A stretch of DNA of 64,000 nucleotides from an uncultured Granulosicoccaceae bacterium (GCA_937951345.1 CALFCF010000004.1:85341-149340), one strand, 5' to 3'. Counted from the stretch's first letter, positions 19,622 through 30,087 are shown. Program-made: numbers and translations. The notes: generated from the letters alone by a model not told the origin.

Positions 19622-20503
19622 ATGAGTGCAATAACACGCGTGGGATTGATTGGCGTGGGATTGATGGGTCACGGGATAGCACAGAATATTCTCCGTGGTG
19701 GATGCCAACTTGATTTACTCGAACACCCGGGAAATCAACCTGTGGATGATCTGGTATCAAGCGGTGCAAAGTCGCACACCACCCTACAATCGTTAGCAGA
19801 AACTGTTGATGTGATTATTCTGTGCGTCACAGGAAGCCCGCAGGTTGAAGCTGTCCTAAGTGGCAAGGACGGATTGCTGGAACACTGGCGCAGTGGTTCA
19901 TTGTTGATCGACTGTTCAACTGCAATACCGGAATCAACTCGACAACTGGCCACAATCGCCGGGAAAAACGGCATCCGGTTTCTGGATGCACCGATGACGC
20001 GCACACCCAAAGAAGCCAGGGAAGGTCGTTTAAATCTACTGGTTGGTGGCGACAAACAGGATTTCGAGCAGGCGTTACCACTACTCCAACTGTTCGCTGA
20101 AAACATTACACATATTGGAGCCACCGGCACCGGGCACGCAATGAAACTGATACACAACTATGTATCACTCGGTTTCTCAGCTGTTCTTTCGGAAGCTGTC
20201 GCCTCAGCCAATAAAGCCGGTGTTGACATTACTGTATTGCAGAAAGTACTCGATACCGGCGGCGGCAAAGGTGTTGTGCTTGATCGGATGACACCTTATA
20301 TGCTTGACAATGATCTATCAGCTTACGCGTTCTCACTTGCCAACAGCTTTAAAGACATTGGTTATTACACCGCCATGTGCAACACTCTCGACGCAGACAT
20401 AGAGATAGCACAGGCGGTGCTACGACGTTTTGAACAACCAGTCAACGATTCGCAAGGGCATCGGTTTGTTCCCGAACTAATCGAAATGCTGACAGACAAA
20501 TAG
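19622..20503 (+). CDS. NAD(P)-dependent beta-hydroxyacid dehydrogenase (3-hydroxyisobutyrate dehydrogenase family)
   Basis: 293 aa with the N-terminal motif VGLIGVGLMGHGIAQN and later DAPMTRTP. Confidence 0.8.
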   Translation: MSAITRVGLIGVGLMGHGIAQNILRGGCQLDLLEHPGNQPVDDLVSSGAKSHTTLQSLAETVDVIILCVTGSPQVEAVLSGKDGLLEHWRSGSLLIDCSTAIPESTRQLATIAGKNGIRFLDAPMTRTPKEAREGRLNLLVGGDKQDFEQALPLLQLFAENITHIGATGTGHAMKLIHNYVSLGFSAVLSEAVASANKAGVDITVLQKVLDTGGGKGVVLDRMTPYMLDNDLSAYAFSLANSFKDIGYYTAMCNTLDADIEIAQAVLRRFEQPVNDSQGHRFVPELIEMLTDK

Positions 20504-20542
20504 GAGCACGCTATTTCCTCGCCAGATACAACTAGATGTGCA

Positions 20543-21304
20543 GTGGTTACCGGTGGTGCAAGCGGCATTGGTGAAGCCATTGCAAAAACACTAGCCGGTA
20601 AACATGTAACCGTTATCGCCGGTTCACGTCGTAGTGAAAAACTGGAGTCGGCAAGCGCCACTGGCGAATACGAAGGTGCCAACCTGATCACACACCCTCT
20701 CGATGTTGCAGATAACGACAGCATTGAGGCATTTATGGCCTTCGCGAAATCACATGCACCGAACGGCATTATCGACATACTCGTCAATGCAGCAGGAATC
20801 AGCGTCTCTCAGCCTGTGTGCGGTCACGACGACATCGCGTGGCAGTCAGTTATAGATATTAACCTTACCGGCGCTTTTCGCATGACACGTGCTGTGCTGC
20901 CAGCAATGATGTCACAAAAGTGGGGACGCATTGTCAATATAGGTTCAACAGCCGCGACTACCGGCGATGTTGACAGCCCTGCTTACTGTGCGTCAAAAGC
21001 CGGGTTGCTCGGCCTGACACGCTGTGTTGCACTGGAGGGTGCGGCTCACGCGGTGACGTGCAATATGGTAAGCCCAACCTGGATTGATACACCGATGATG
21101 CGTAACAGTATGGCGCGGTGGGTGAATAAACCGAAAGGTCCGAACAACGTCAGTGAAGCCATGCAGCGGGTAGCGACCGACAATCCACAACAACGCGTTC
21201 TGCAGGCTGAAGAAGTCGCTTCAGTCGTTAAACATCTATGTAGCGAAGAAGCTAAAGGTCTGACTATGGAAAATATTAAGGTTACCGGTGGTGCAAACTG
21301 GTAA
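20543..21304 (+). CDS. Short-chain dehydrogenase/reductase
   Basis: Motifs are VTGGASGIGEAIA, NAAG and YCASKAG. The GTG start leaves an unusually short N-terminus, and the frame is open from 20504. Confidence 0.8.
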   Translation: MVTGGASGIGEAIAKTLAGKHVTVIAGSRRSEKLESASATGEYEGANLITHPLDVADNDSIEAFMAFAKSHAPNGIIDILVNAAGISVSQPVCGHDDIAWQSVIDINLTGAFRMTRAVLPAMMSQKWGRIVNIGSTAATTGDVDSPAYCASKAGLLGLTRCVALEGAAHAVTCNMVSPTWIDTPMMRNSMARWVNKPKGPNNVSEAMQRVATDNPQQRVLQAEEVASVVKHLCSEEAKGLTMENIKVTGGANW

Positions 21305-21447
21305 ATCGGCAATCTGTTTCGTTTAAATATCTGGTCTGAAAAATTGATCTAACTATTTGGACTAAATACTTGAGCTAATTACTAGGGCTAAATACTTGGG
21401 TTAAATAAACCGCCCGAGCACCACGGACCACGGACCACGGACTCGAG

Positions 21448-22812
21448 TTACGGCAATCGCATATATTCACCGATCGCGGACGCAGTAAGTGTATCGTAAC
21501 CTTGCAACATCTCCAAAAGTGAATCCGCCTCATTCCCCAGCACAGCGCGCGCTTTTGATTCCAGCCGTTGTAACAGCAGCTCGACCGATTGTGATGCAGA
21601 CAGGTCATAATCAAACACAACCTTCCTGCCTCCGGCGAACTCAACCTCAACATTCGCCTCTTCATCAGCAATACTCGCGTCACCAGTGACTTCAACCTTA
21701 GCTGCCAGGCTGGCAAGCCGCGAGTCGGCTGCTAACTCATCCGTGTAGAGTCGATCATCAGCTGTCGAATATCCTGCAAACACCATTGCTGCAAGCCATG
21801 CATAACTGAATTTCACCTCAAGACCGGTTTTCGGTGACGGGATGTTGCATACACTCATCCAGCGCGGATTAGTGCGAAGCCTGATCGATACCGGTTTATC
21901 TACGGATAAGTCAGAAGCTCTAAGTATTTCCTGCAAGGCTTCGATCATTGCATGCGTACCGTGACAACAGGCATGGAATTTATAGCTGTTGTTCATAAAA
22001 CGAAAATGCCCGGGCGGTGGTTCCTGCCATACAGCTTGCAGCCTTGAAGCATCAGATTCGTCGCACTCACCCGTATCAGTATGTGTAGCCAGAAACCCCT
22101 GCGTACCAAACAATGCATCATCGGCTGAGGTAATACCCAATGATGCAAACAGTGCGGCCTCTACTCCATTGGACGCCGACAGACCTGCATTCACAGGCTT
22201 ACCCATGGTTCCAAATTGCGATTTTAATCCAGCAGCACGACTGGCACAGAGTCCCAGTGCATGACGAAGTGCTTGTTGATCCAACTGCAACAATCGACCG
22301 GCTGCAAGCGTGGCACCAAACGCACCGGCAGTTGCAGTTTGATGAAAACCTTTGTTGTAGTGCGCGCTACCGAGCAGGCAGCCTGTTCGTATTGCCGCTT
22401 CTGCACCGACAAGAAACGCTGCAACAACCTGCTTTGCAGTTGCATCTGTTTGCTCAGCCAAAGCGATAACTGCCGGATAGATACCGACAGACAAATGTCC
22501 CACGTGAGCAAAATGGGTATCGTCGTAGTCAAGTGCATGGCTGATTGCGCCATTAACCATTGCCGCTAAGCGAGCACTGGTTGCAGCACCACCAAAAATT
22601 GAAGATCCAGCAGTTGACACATCAGTTTCAGCGTACTGACGAAGCTTTTGCGCTACCGGTTCAGAACGCCCGGCACGACCGCAGATCAGCCAATCGAGTA
22701 ACGATGCCCTCGCTAACTGCAGTGCACTTGCGGGCAGTTCATCATAGGCCAACACCGATAGCTGAATCAGACGGGTGTTCATGTCATCCTCAGGATGCAT
22801 TACGCTACTCAT
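21448..22812 (-). CDS. MmgE/PrpD-family protein (2-methylcitrate dehydratase-like)
   Basis: 454 aa. Family-typical segments are SHALDYDDTH and HFAHVGHLSV. Confidence 0.75.
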   Translation of the reverse strand: MSSVMHPEDDMNTRLIQLSVLAYDELPASALQLARASLLDWLICGRAGRSEPVAQKLRQYAETDVSTAGSSIFGGAATSARLAAMVNGAISHALDYDDTHFAHVGHLSVGIYPAVIALAEQTDATAKQVVAAFLVGAEAAIRTGCLLGSAHYNKGFHQTATAGAFGATLAAGRLLQLDQQALRHALGLCASRAAGLKSQFGTMGKPVNAGLSASNGVEAALFASLGITSADDALFGTQGFLATHTDTGECDESDASRLQAVWQEPPPGHFRFMNNSYKFHACCHGTHAMIEALQEILRASDLSVDKPVSIRLRTNPRWMSVCNIPSPKTGLEVKFSYAWLAAMVFAGYSTADDRLYTDELAADSRLASLAAKVEVTGDASIADEEANVEVEFAGGRKVVFDYDLSASQSVELLLQRLESKARAVLGNEADSLLEMLQGYDTLTASAIGEYMRLP

Positions 22813-22911
22813 TACCTGTCCGTTAAATATCCGTAGAATGTCCGCAGGATGTCTGTTGAATAACCACCGATAAAATATAAGTCGACTGGCGTCCTATCGA
22901 TGTATGCAGAT

Positions 22912-23499
22912 TCAGTGAACAACTTTTATCAATTGCTCGACGGCAAAACCACTTTCTTTAGCACGCATAACCAGCGACTGATAGACAACGTCATCAAGTT
23001 CCGGCTGACGGGCAAGCACCCACAGAAACCGCCGCGATGGCCCGGCTACCAGTGCATGATTGTATGTATCGCTATCCAGTTCAATTATCACATAGCTGCC
23101 ATAGAATGGACCGAAGAACGATACCTTCAGGTGCCCAAGCGCCGCATCACCGACAAACCTGGCACGACCAGTCGCCGTTTTTCGTTTGCCGGTTGATTCA
23201 GAAACACCACTATTGACCACTTTAACCGAACCGTCTGCATTCAGACTGTATTCGGCTGTCACTTGCTGAAGACCCCGCTCAAAACGATGATCAAGGCGTG
23301 CTATCTCATACCAACGACCCAGATAACGATCAAGCTCAAACCCGCTAACCGGCGAGAGTCCATCCGGTACACCGGTCAGCGAACATGCAGACAAAAACAA
23401 CAGACTTAACCCGATGGCAAGTCGTACGATGAGCTTACGCAATACGGCTGATACCGCTCGATAACTGAACACCAGCAATAGATTGTTAATAAAAGTCAT
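22912..23499 (-). CDS. blc: Bacterial lipocalin Blc, outer-membrane lipoprotein
   Basis: Motif RYLGRWYEIARLDHRFERG plus lipobox LFLSAC. The real start may be TTG at 23442 (MRKLIVRLAIGLSLLFLSAC). Confidence 0.8.
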   Translation of the reverse strand: MTFINNLLLVFSYRAVSAVLRKLIVRLAIGLSLLFLSACSLTGVPDGLSPVSGFELDRYLGRWYEIARLDHRFERGLQQVTAEYSLNADGSVKVVNSGVSESTGKRKTATGRARFVGDAALGHLKVSFFGPFYGSYVIIELDSDTYNHALVAGPSRRFLWVLARQPELDDVVYQSLVMRAKESGFAVEQLIKVVH

Positions 23500-23898
23500 C
23501 TCAAATTCGATCGGGGACGCCGAGTTCTGTACGCTGACCCTGCGTTGTGTGCCATTCTGCGCTGCCTATTTACTAACAAGAGATTGTTATTAGCAATTTT
23601 TTTAAATGGATGAGTCACAACACAAGCACGGCAGAAATTCACGGAAGATCCTTTATAACGCGTTTGCAACTCGGCTATCATTACAACCGCAACCATCGAT
23701 ACCGGTTTAGTCATGAATGCAGACGTGCCTAAGCAACCCACTGCCTGACACCCACCATGACAGTTGCGCTCATCAAAGAACCGAAAAATGAAATCTCAAA
23801 TTGGGGATATTGCTGAGGTTATTGCAAAAGGTTTCTTGCGAAGACCTGCAAACCAGAGGACGGCAACGGGGTGTTAAGAGAACTTTGCCGGTAGCAGA

Positions 23899-24921
23899 TC
23901 AGGCTGCTTTGTCACCAGCTACAAGCTTTTTGAAGCGCACGCAATTTCTGCCAGCGCGCTTGGCTTCGTAGAGGGCGCTATCAGCACTGGCCATCAGCCC
24001 TCTGGGGGTAATATCGCCATCAGCGGCTTCCACACCTGTCACTCCGATACTGGCAGTGATGTTGGCCGGACCGTCTTTCGTGTCAATGACTTGCGTTTCA
24101 ATCATGCGCCTGACACGTCGTGCAAAGATCAACGCGTTCAATGGTGATGTTTTAGGTAGAAGAATCATAAACTCCTCGCCACCGAAACGCCCCGCGATAT
24201 CGGTGTTTCGGCCACAGGCGGACAGTACGTTACCCAGCACTTTAAGTGCAGCGTCGCCTCCTTCGTGGCCATAATCATCATTAAACTGTTTGAATCGATC
24301 AATGTCGAGCATCACTAATGACAGCGGGTCCGGATAGCGGTTTCGTCGCGCCACTTCTGACTCCACTGCCAGATCGATATATCGCCGGTTATATAATTGC
24401 GTAAGACTATCGGTACTGGCCTGCAGCATTAACTCATCATTTAATTCACGAAGTCGCTCGTTGGCATCGCGCAACATATCCTGGCTGGCGGACAGCTGAT
24501 CGATTAACCCGGCGTTGTCGCGTTCCAGCTGACTGGCCGCATTCGCACGTCGCACGGTTGATAGAATGAGCTCATGATTATCCAGTGGTTTAGCGATGTA
24601 ATCGTAAGCACCGAGTCGCAGAGCCTGACGAACCTTGTCATAACTATCATAGGCTGTGATCACAATCGGACTGATGTACGGGTCGAGCACCCGCGCCTGC
24701 TGAATCAACTCAAAACCCGTCATACCGTGCATCTGAATATCAGTGACCAGCACGTTCACAGACTGAACACGCAGGATTTCGATAGCCGATTCACCGCTTA
24801 AAGCTGTTTCGATCTCAAATTTTTCGTCACCTAACAGGATCGAAAGCAACTCCACAACAGCAGGGTCGTCGTCCACGATTAAGAGGCGGTGCGCTGGTTT
24901 AAAGTGTGCGGATTCAGGCAT
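23899..24921 (-). CDS. Response-regulator diguanylate cyclase (REC-GGDEF, WspR/PleD-like)
   Basis: 340 aa. REC domain: LLIVDDDPAVV...VLVTDIQMHGMTG. A coiled-coil linker is followed by the active site GGEEF, with an RNTD I-site 5 residues upstream. Confidence 0.85.
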   Translation of the reverse strand: MPESAHFKPAHRLLIVDDDPAVVELLSILLGDEKFEIETALSGESAIEILRVQSVNVLVTDIQMHGMTGFELIQQARVLDPYISPIVITAYDSYDKVRQALRLGAYDYIAKPLDNHELILSTVRRANAASQLERDNAGLIDQLSASQDMLRDANERLRELNDELMLQASTDSLTQLYNRRYIDLAVESEVARRNRYPDPLSLVMLDIDRFKQFNDDYGHEGGDAALKVLGNVLSACGRNTDIAGRFGGEEFMILLPKTSPLNALIFARRVRRMIETQVIDTKDGPANITASIGVTGVEAADGDITPRGLMASADSALYEAKRAGRNCVRFKKLVAGDKAA

Positions 24922-25042
24922 TACTTAATGTGTTCAGATTACTCAGTTCGTTGGGAACGTCATGGTCGGGACGCACTATTCAGTGTTCGTAGCGGCTTGC
25001 GCAGGTTTTACTCCTGCAAAAACCCATCGAAGACGTGACGTT

Positions 25043-25058
25043 TGTGAGGGATATCACA
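25043..25058. promoter_or_regulatory. Perfect CRP-type palindrome TGTGA-N6-TCACA
   Basis: The sequence is tgtgagggatatcaca. It lies in the divergent region 122 nt from the REC-GGDEF start and 193 nt from the GST start. Confidence 0.5.
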
Positions 25059-25250
25059 TATTGCGGTGGCACGACTGTACGCATGATTGTGCAATTTACA
25101 CATCACCCACCGTACCGCTCGAAAAGGCCAGGTACCCGTTTCACTTTGTCACCCCGCTACAAAACCAGATACCTGACCACCCGGCAGATACCAACACGCA
25201 CAAGGCCGTGCGATACTTCACCGAATTCCACACACCAAAGGCAGCAACGG

Positions 25251-25880
25251 ATGATTGATTTCTATACCTGGACAACACCCAACGGGCGAAAAGTGTCGAT
25301 ATTGCTCGAGGAGTTGGGATTGGACTACCAGACCCACGCTATTGATATCGGTAAAGACGAGCAGTTCGCCGAAGAATTTCTGGCGATCAGCCCGAACAAT
25401 AAAATCCCGGCTATCAAAGACCATGACAATGGACTGACGTTGATGGAATCCGGTGCAATTCTCTGGTACCTGGCTGACAAACATAATCAATTTATCGGGA
25501 CTGACGCTGAATCGCGACACCGGGTACTGGAGTGGCTGATGTGGCAGATGGGTGGCCTTGGCCCCATGGCAGGACAGACACACCATTTTCTCAAGTTTAA
25601 CCCCGGGGTATCAGACTATGCGGAGAAACGATTTTCCGGTGAAACACGTCGTTTGTATGGTGTGCTGGAAAAAGAACTCGGCAAAAAACCTTACATTGCA
25701 GGTGACTACTCGATTGCTGATATGGCGTGCTGGCCCTGGATTTCGCGTTTCGAATGGCAGCAACTGGATTTAAACGAGTTCCCGTCACTGAAACGCTGGT
25801 ATGTTGAAGTGGCGGAGCGGCCGGCTGTTCAAAAGGGTTATCACATACCATCGTTCACGACCGATATCCCGATGCCCTGA
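25251..25880 (+). CDS. Glutathione S-transferase (YfcG/YghU-like)
   Basis: The track ORF starts at 25035, but its first 72 aa are Arg/Thr/Pro-rich junk. ATG 25251 gives MIDFYTWTTPNGRKVSILLEELGL..., a typical GST N-terminus, and NKIPAI is also present. Confidence 0.8.
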   Translation: MIDFYTWTTPNGRKVSILLEELGLDYQTHAIDIGKDEQFAEEFLAISPNNKIPAIKDHDNGLTLMESGAILWYLADKHNQFIGTDAESRHRVLEWLMWQMGGLGPMAGQTHHFLKFNPGVSDYAEKRFSGETRRLYGVLEKELGKKPYIAGDYSIADMACWPWISRFEWQQLDLNEFPSLKRWYVEVAERPAVQKGYHIPSFTTDIPMP

Positions 25881-26005
25881 GTAACGCCAGCCCCGGCATG
25901 CGCGCTGCAAAACCTGACACCGTTCTAAGAACAGTTTTGTAGCGAACTCTTTGCGCTCAGTGGCGTCAAAGTTCCACACACTATTCTTAAATGTAGGACT
26001 CCGTT

Positions 26006-27427
26006 ATGGCTGAAGCCTCCTGCTCAACACATACTGCAGCGCAATCACGAACCACAAACCCTGTTCGATGGATCGCACTGTTCCTGTCTGCTTGCGTTTC
26101 ACTGGTCACAGGCCTGGCGCTGGCACAGGATGCCCCCTCCCGCAATGTCACACCCCATGCGATTGAACAATTTGGCGAGCCGCCGGAAATACCCGACGGT
26201 GAGCTGAGCGAAGAGCTGGCTACTGCGGTGGAGACTGCTTTCATCTTAAGTACAAGTAATGGCCAATGGGGGCGCGACCAATCCGACGCGCTGCGTGTCA
26301 TTGCTGAGTCTGGCGACCCAAGGCTGGTCTGGCCGGTCAGCGATATGATGCGTTTCATCACGCAGCCGGAACTGTTGAAAGAACTGGGGGCGACAGCCAC
26401 CAGTCTGATGGGTGTCGAGTACCCGGTTGCGAACTACTGGGGCATCACGACGGATCACCTGATTGCCTGGGACATACCCGAACCACCGGACTACCTGCGT
26501 CTTAAGCGGCAAATTTTTACAACCATCGTTCCGGGTTGGGAGAAGATTTTCGTTGAAGGAGACATTGATTGGCGCCATGTTTCCTGGGGAGGGGTACTGA
26601 TCGATGATCGCGCCTTCGACACCACCGACGAAACCTGCAACTGTATCCCTGCAGCCGACAACCCGAAAGTCACCGATGTTGAGGGTGCCACCTGGCTCAA
26701 AGATGATGACATCGTATTCGGTATCGAAGTTAACGGTGAACAGCGTGCCTACCCGCGCCGTATTATGGAAGTACGCGAGATGGTTAACGACACACTCGGT
26801 GGGCGCGACCTGGGTATTCCCTATTGCACACTCTGTGGTGCAGCGCAGGCCTACTTCACAGATGATGTACCAGAAGGTGTCGAGCGACCGGTTCTTCGAA
26901 CATCCGGTTTACTGATTCGTTCTAATAAAGTGATGTACGACATCACCAGTCATTCCGTCTTCGATACGTTCCTCGGCAAGGCCGTGACCGGACCACTGCT
27001 TGAAAAAAATGTTCAGCTTAAACAGGCGGGTGTTGTAACAACTGACTGGGGCACCTGGAAAAAAGCCTACCCGGAAACAACCGTACTGGTTGAAGAGCTG
27101 GCGTTGGGTCGTGATTTCGATTTTCGTAACAACCGTGATGCTGAAGGTCCGATTTTCCCGGTTGGTGATGTCGACCCGCGACTACCGGTACACGAGGATA
27201 TTGTTGGGATCGTCACTGCGTCAGGTGAGCCGATAGCGTTCCAACGCAGTAAAGCATTTCTGGCCCTGAGCAAAGGTGAGGAAGTCAGTTACGAGAACGT
27301 TACCCTTATTCTGTCTGGTGGTGGTGTCAAAGCGGTCGACAAGGATGGCAATGACTTAGGCGGACACCAGGCTTTCTGGTTCGCGTGGTCGCAGTTTTAT
27401 CCTGAAACACGCTTATGGCCGTCCTGA
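26006..27427 (+). CDS. Secreted DUF3179-domain protein
   Basis: 473 aa with a signal peptide. Family-typical segments are AYPRRIMEVREMVNDTLGGRDLGIPYCTLCGAAQAYF and TSGLLIRSNKVMYD. Confidence 0.65.
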   Translation: MAEASCSTHTAAQSRTTNPVRWIALFLSACVSLVTGLALAQDAPSRNVTPHAIEQFGEPPEIPDGELSEELATAVETAFILSTSNGQWGRDQSDALRVIAESGDPRLVWPVSDMMRFITQPELLKELGATATSLMGVEYPVANYWGITTDHLIAWDIPEPPDYLRLKRQIFTTIVPGWEKIFVEGDIDWRHVSWGGVLIDDRAFDTTDETCNCIPAADNPKVTDVEGATWLKDDDIVFGIEVNGEQRAYPRRIMEVREMVNDTLGGRDLGIPYCTLCGAAQAYFTDDVPEGVERPVLRTSGLLIRSNKVMYDITSHSVFDTFLGKAVTGPLLEKNVQLKQAGVVTTDWGTWKKAYPETTVLVEELALGRDFDFRNNRDAEGPIFPVGDVDPRLPVHEDIVGIVTASGEPIAFQRSKAFLALSKGEEVSYENVTLILSGGGVKAVDKDGNDLGGHQAFWFAWSQFYPETRLWPS

Positions 27428-27727
27428 TCGAACAGCACTGATCAACTGGGAGTAACATCAGAATAATCTGTCGTTTTCTGGACAATGCGAAAACAGAAGA
27501 TCAGGTTTTTGGTGAACTTTCTTGGTCACGATGACTCTTACTATCAGCGTTTGACTGGAATGTCGATTTATCCGGATATCATTCAGATACCGACAATCGA
27601 TACTCCGGAAAAGCGTCATATCTTCTCCGAGATATCTGCCGACTTGAGGTAAGTCGTAACAGCATTAGCTTATGTAACGCATAGCGAAATGCCTGAGTAA
27701 ATGCTGGAACAGCTGCCTCGTTATAAA

Positions 27728-27761
27728 CCGACTGGTGACTTTCACTGGTCGGTTTTTTTTT
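27728..27761 (+). terminator. Rho-independent terminator
   Basis: The stem CCGACTGGTGA/TCACTGGTCGG is 11 bp (2 G-U pairs) and is followed by 9 T. It lies 300 nt downstream of the DUF3179 gene. Confidence 0.7.
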
Positions 27762-27912
27762 GCTGTTTTCCAGCTCTTGTCCGACCACCCTTCTGTCTCA
27801 GTAATTGTGTCCAAGGCTCTGTGCTGAACGGAAGATGAATTGTTGTCGCACTTGTCTACCCACTCCGATAGTATTCATAACTTCCTGCCACCTTTCCTGA
27901 TCCATCAAAGCG

Positions 27913-28806
27913 ATGAAATTTCCAGGGTGGGCCAATGACAACATGGCCTCTTCTGCCTACATGGCTGCCGCCATGTTCGGCTATGTCGTCAACGACGCTC
28001 TGGTCAGACAGGTGGGGCAGACGTTACCGCTCGGTCAGATCATGCTGATTCGCAACAGCTTACTGGTTTTCTTGCTGATATTGATTGTGCACTACCGCGG
28101 GCACTGGCCTCAGATCAGGCAGGTGTTTGAACCGCGAGTCGCACTACGCTCGGTGTTTGAGCTACTCGCAACACTGACCTTTTTATACGCGTTGATGCGC
28201 GTACCGTTTGCCAATACTGCAGCGATCCTGCAGTGTTTGCCACTGGCAGTTGCACTAGGTGCCGTATTCTTTTTCGGAGAACGCGTCGGGGTCTGGCGGT
28301 GGACTGCGATTGTCATCGGCTTCATCGGCGTGCTGATAATAGTCAGGCCGGGTATGACCGGTTTTACATCAGCTTCCTTATGGCTATTGGTCACCGTTGT
28401 GTTTGCAGCCGGACGAGACTTGTTGGCCCGCACCTTTCCGAAGAGTCTGGCAACAACCATCGTGGCGTTGTCAACGGCGTGCATCATCGCGCTGGCCGGT
28501 GCTGTGATGGTACTGTTTCAGGAAACCTGGGTAGCGGTCAGTCTTGCAAACAGCTTGCGCCTGGCAGGTGCCGCATTCTTTTTAACCGGTGCCTATTTGT
28601 GTATCGTATTAACCATGCGCGTTGGCGATATCAGCGTCTCGGTTTTCTTCCGTTACACCAGCCTGTTGTGGGCAATATTTTTTGGCTGGCTTTTGTTCAG
28701 TGAACTCCCGGATGCCATGACACTGACAGGTTCAGCGCTGGTCATTAGTATGGGTGCGTTAACACTTTACCGTGAAGGTCGTAGTCGCAACGCTCAATCA
28801 CGGTGA
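27913..28806 (+). CDS. DMT-superfamily (EamA) transporter
   Basis: 297 aa with about 10 hydrophobic helices in a duplicated EamA-like arrangement. Confidence 0.7.
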   Translation: MKFPGWANDNMASSAYMAAAMFGYVVNDALVRQVGQTLPLGQIMLIRNSLLVFLLILIVHYRGHWPQIRQVFEPRVALRSVFELLATLTFLYALMRVPFANTAAILQCLPLAVALGAVFFFGERVGVWRWTAIVIGFIGVLIIVRPGMTGFTSASLWLLVTVVFAAGRDLLARTFPKSLATTIVALSTACIIALAGAVMVLFQETWVAVSLANSLRLAGAAFFLTGAYLCIVLTMRVGDISVSVFFRYTSLLWAIFFGWLLFSELPDAMTLTGSALVISMGALTLYREGRSRNAQSR

Positions 28807-28898
28807 TACATATGGCCTGTCGACTGTTCTCTTTCGCTCAAAGTAAATACACCTAAGTTCACTAAACAAAGGCAGCTTGTAACAACCGGTACAGTCTA

Positions 28899-30014
28899 AT
28901 GCAGCTGACAGAAATCTCTTTGATACCTCTTCCTTTCAGAATGTCTGGCGGCACCTATGTCACTTCCTATGGCTCAAGAGACCGATTGGATAACCTGTTG
29001 TTGCTTGCGCGAACCGACAACAACCTGATCGGCCTGGGTGAGATAGCCCGACGCTCCGGTTCCAACGACATACCGGCAGATGCAGCCATGGCAGCGAGCT
29101 ACCGCAAACATCTGCAGCCTTTAATGGGTTGTAACCCGGAGAATTTAATTGACGTTGTCAACAAACTCGGCACTTTGTCTGAAGCGCAAAGTAATCTGAA
29201 AACTGCGGTGGAATGTGCCTGCCTGGATCTAAGCGCAAGGGCCAGACAGATGCCGCTGTATCAGCTCTTCGGTGGCCAACACAATAGCGATCTCCCTGAC
29301 TACGCATCAATCAGTCAGGCAGATCCTGACGTCATGCAAGAACAGACACGCAGCAGCATTACAGCGGGCCATCGTGTCATTCAAATCAAGATAGGTGGCG
29401 AACGTGACTTGAAACTTGACGTTGCACGCCTATCAGCAATCAGCGAAGTATTGTCTCCCGACAGTCAATTATTGATTGATGCCAACGGAGCGTTTAGCTC
29501 ACAGCAGGCGGCTGCACTAGTACAACAATGCAACGAGCCGGGCTACCTGTGGGAGGAACCCTGTTCCTCTTATGAACAGAACGCACAATTGGTTACCGAA
29601 ACCGGCGCACGGGTTATTCTCGATCAGTGCATGACCAGCCCGGTCGTTGCTGCACGCGCATGTGCTGACGGGTTGGTTGCTGGTTACGGCATAAAGTGCA
29701 CGATGCAGGGTGGACCGATGGCTGCGCGAACAGCCCGTGATCTGGCAATCGCCCACGGTTTGTTGATGAAGGTTGACGACTGCTGGTGTTCCGATGTGGG
29801 CTGCGCGCTGGCGGTTCACCTCGCCGCTGGTATTCCTGCCGACCTACTGATTGCAACGGTCAATATGTCGAGCTACCTTGAAGGAGATGTCAGCACGGAA
29901 GGACTGCAAAGTCAGGCAGGTGTCATGCAGGTTCAGCAAGGGATTGGTCTCGGATTGACGCCGGATCTGCAGGCGTTGCCGGATCCACTCGAAGTGATCA
30001 ACCCGACTACTTGA
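28899..30014 (+). CDS. Enolase-superfamily enzyme (mandelate racemase / muconate lactonizing family)
   Basis: 371 aa. Barrel-domain segments are VIQIKIGG, LLIDANGAFS and LWEEPC. Confidence 0.7.
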   Translation: MQLTEISLIPLPFRMSGGTYVTSYGSRDRLDNLLLLARTDNNLIGLGEIARRSGSNDIPADAAMAASYRKHLQPLMGCNPENLIDVVNKLGTLSEAQSNLKTAVECACLDLSARARQMPLYQLFGGQHNSDLPDYASISQADPDVMQEQTRSSITAGHRVIQIKIGGERDLKLDVARLSAISEVLSPDSQLLIDANGAFSSQQAAALVQQCNEPGYLWEEPCSSYEQNAQLVTETGARVILDQCMTSPVVAARACADGLVAGYGIKCTMQGGPMAARTARDLAIAHGLLMKVDDCWCSDVGCALAVHLAAGIPADLLIATVNMSSYLEGDVSTEGLQSQAGVMQVQQGIGLGLTPDLQALPDPLEVINPTT

Positions 30015-30087
30015 ACTTTCCATACTTACCGTTCTATCCAGAGGCGCGGGATGGTGTGCGAATAATATTTTATCCAGGTTAGTAACT

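Noticed and set aside
23496-23741. An 81-aa minus-strand ORF whose stop overlaps the blc start (ATGA)
   Set aside because: The overlap depends on the long blc start, which is itself doubtful because TTG 23442 gives a better lipoprotein signal. The peptide is Arg-rich with no features. I left it unannotated rather than calling it a gene.
25035-25250. A 72-aa N-terminal extension of the GST ORF
   Set aside because: The extension is Arg/Thr/Pro-rich and contains the CRP-type site and the likely promoter. The canonical GST N-terminus begins at ATG 25251.
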